A DNA stretch of 64,000 bases from Candidatus Bathyarchaeota archaeon (GTDB lineage: Archaea; Thermoproteota; Bathyarchaeia; Bathyarchaeales; Bathycorpusculaceae), in the NCBI GenBank assembly GCA_963777155.1, contig CAVZPM010000002.1:1-64000 (forward strand), in the 5' to 3' direction. Positions 62,943 to 64,000 of the stretch are shown here, piece by piece (within the stretch, counting starts at the first letter, position 1; each line of letters begins with the position of its first letter). The translations under genes and the position numbers were made by a program. A model generated the notes under the pieces. The model did no database searches. It was not told the DNA's origin and was given only the letters and a program-made list of their open reading frames with translations.

Positions 62943-63932
62943 TCATTCTGTATGGAAACAGGCGACGAGGTGATTCTTTGTTACTTCTATTAAAGGTGGC
63001 TTCTGTTCTGTGCATTCTTTAGTTGCTTTGGAACATCGGGGGTTAAAACGACAACCCTTTGGTGGATTAATTGGGCTTGGAACCTCTCCCTTCAGTTTTG
63101 CTCTTATGTTCTTTGCTTTGGGATCTGGAATAGGTACAGCTTCAATTAATGCTTGGGTGTAGGGATGCAATGGGTTATCGAATAATTCATCAGTTTCTGC
63201 TTGCTCGACTATTTGGCCAAGGTACATAACGGCTACGCGTTGGCTTATTTGTCGTACAGAGCTCAAGTCATGGGAGATGTAGAGGATCGATAACCCCATG
63301 GTTTTTTGAAGATCAGCCATCAAATTCAGTATCTGAGCGCGAATCGAAACGTCTAAAGACGAGACGGGTTCATCAGCAATGATGAATTCTGGCTCGACTG
63401 CAAGAGCTCTTGCAATACAGATTCTTTGTCGTTGCCCACCACTAAATTCATGCGGATACCTTTCTGCATGGTATTCCTCCAACCCCACAAGTTCCAAGAG
63501 ATCGTAAACACGCTCACAACGTTTCTCTTTGGGAAGGTGACCATGAATAACGAAGGGTTCCGAGACAATATCACAAACCGTCATTCTCGGGTCAAGAGAG
63601 CCATAGGGGTTTTGGAAAATCATTTGGAGCTTTCGCCTGATTTTCAGTTTTTCCTGCTTGTCCGCAGAGCGGAATTTCTGGAAAATATTTTCGCCGTCAA
63701 CATAAACTTCACCCGACGTAGGTTCTATAAGGTTGAGTATTACACGTGCAGTAGTTGTCTTGCCGCAGCCACTTTCGCCAACCAGGGCAAATGTTTCTTG
63801 TTTTCTTATATCAAATGATACATCATCTACCGCATGTACCTGACCAACTTGCTTTTTTGTCAATACGCCCGTTGAGTAAACGGGGAAGTATTTAACGAGG
63901 TGTTTGACTTCAAGGTAGCTTTCATTTGTCAT
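62943..63932 (-). CDS. Oligopeptide/dipeptide ABC transporter ATP-binding protein (OppF/DppF)
   Basis: GESGCGKT, YPHEFSGGQRQR, PSPINPPKGCRFNPRC, VACF. Confidence 0.95.
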   Translation of the reverse strand: MTNESYLEVKHLVKYFPVYSTGVLTKKQVGQVHAVDDVSFDIRKQETFALVGESGCGKTTTARVILNLIEPTSGEVYVDGENIFQKFRSADKQEKLKIRRKLQMIFQNPYGSLDPRMTVCDIVSEPFVIHGHLPKEKRCERVYDLLELVGLEEYHAERYPHEFSGGQRQRICIARALAVEPEFIIADEPVSSLDVSIRAQILNLMADLQKTMGLSILYISHDLSSVRQISQRVAVMYLGQIVEQAETDELFDNPLHPYTQALIEAVPIPDPKAKNIRAKLKGEVPSPINPPKGCRFNPRCSKATKECTEQKPPLIEVTKNHLVACFHTE

Positions 63933-64000
63933 GGGTAGCGATTTCTCCTTTGAGGGATAGTTCCTTCCAGTGGTAGCAAGCGACGAAGTGGTCGTGTCCA
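63922..64000 (-). CDS. 3' end of an OppD/DppD-type ABC ATPase (partial)
   Basis: GHDHFVACYHW...* overlapping the start of the OppF gene. Confidence 0.75.
   Translation of the reverse strand, partial: GHDHFVACYHWKELSLKGEIATHDK

Overview
Archaeal chromosomal window, most consistent with Bathyarchaeia (inferred from gene content: RadA, single-OB SSB, RqcH, archaeal ValRS/MetRS, archaeal HMG-CoA synthase, CdvA-like protein, PEF-CTERM surface proteins). It opens with an AT-rich array of secreted, C-terminally anchored proteins (1-4.2 kb). The rest is mostly housekeeping, transport and DNA-repair genes (tRNA-Lys, valS, metG, radA, uvrBAC, dinB, UDG, pncB, nadX, ABC transporters). About ten genes are broken by small indels, which looks like long-read consensus error rather than biology. 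The strongest leads are: (1) a TPP riboswitch on the minus strand heading a thiT + PurM/ThiL-superfamily operon, with the likely SD inside the aptamer; (2) a CysRS paralogue with no anticodon-binding domain and a remodelled Zn/Cys pocket (MshC-like architecture) just downstream of a peroxiredoxin; (3) a thiolase lacking the canonical catalytic residues, coupled to a DUF35-HMG-CoA synthase fusion; (4) a CdvA-like coiled coil with a ~600-aa acidic repeat tail. No CRISPR array, rRNA or transposase was seen. All calls are by eye; no searches were run.
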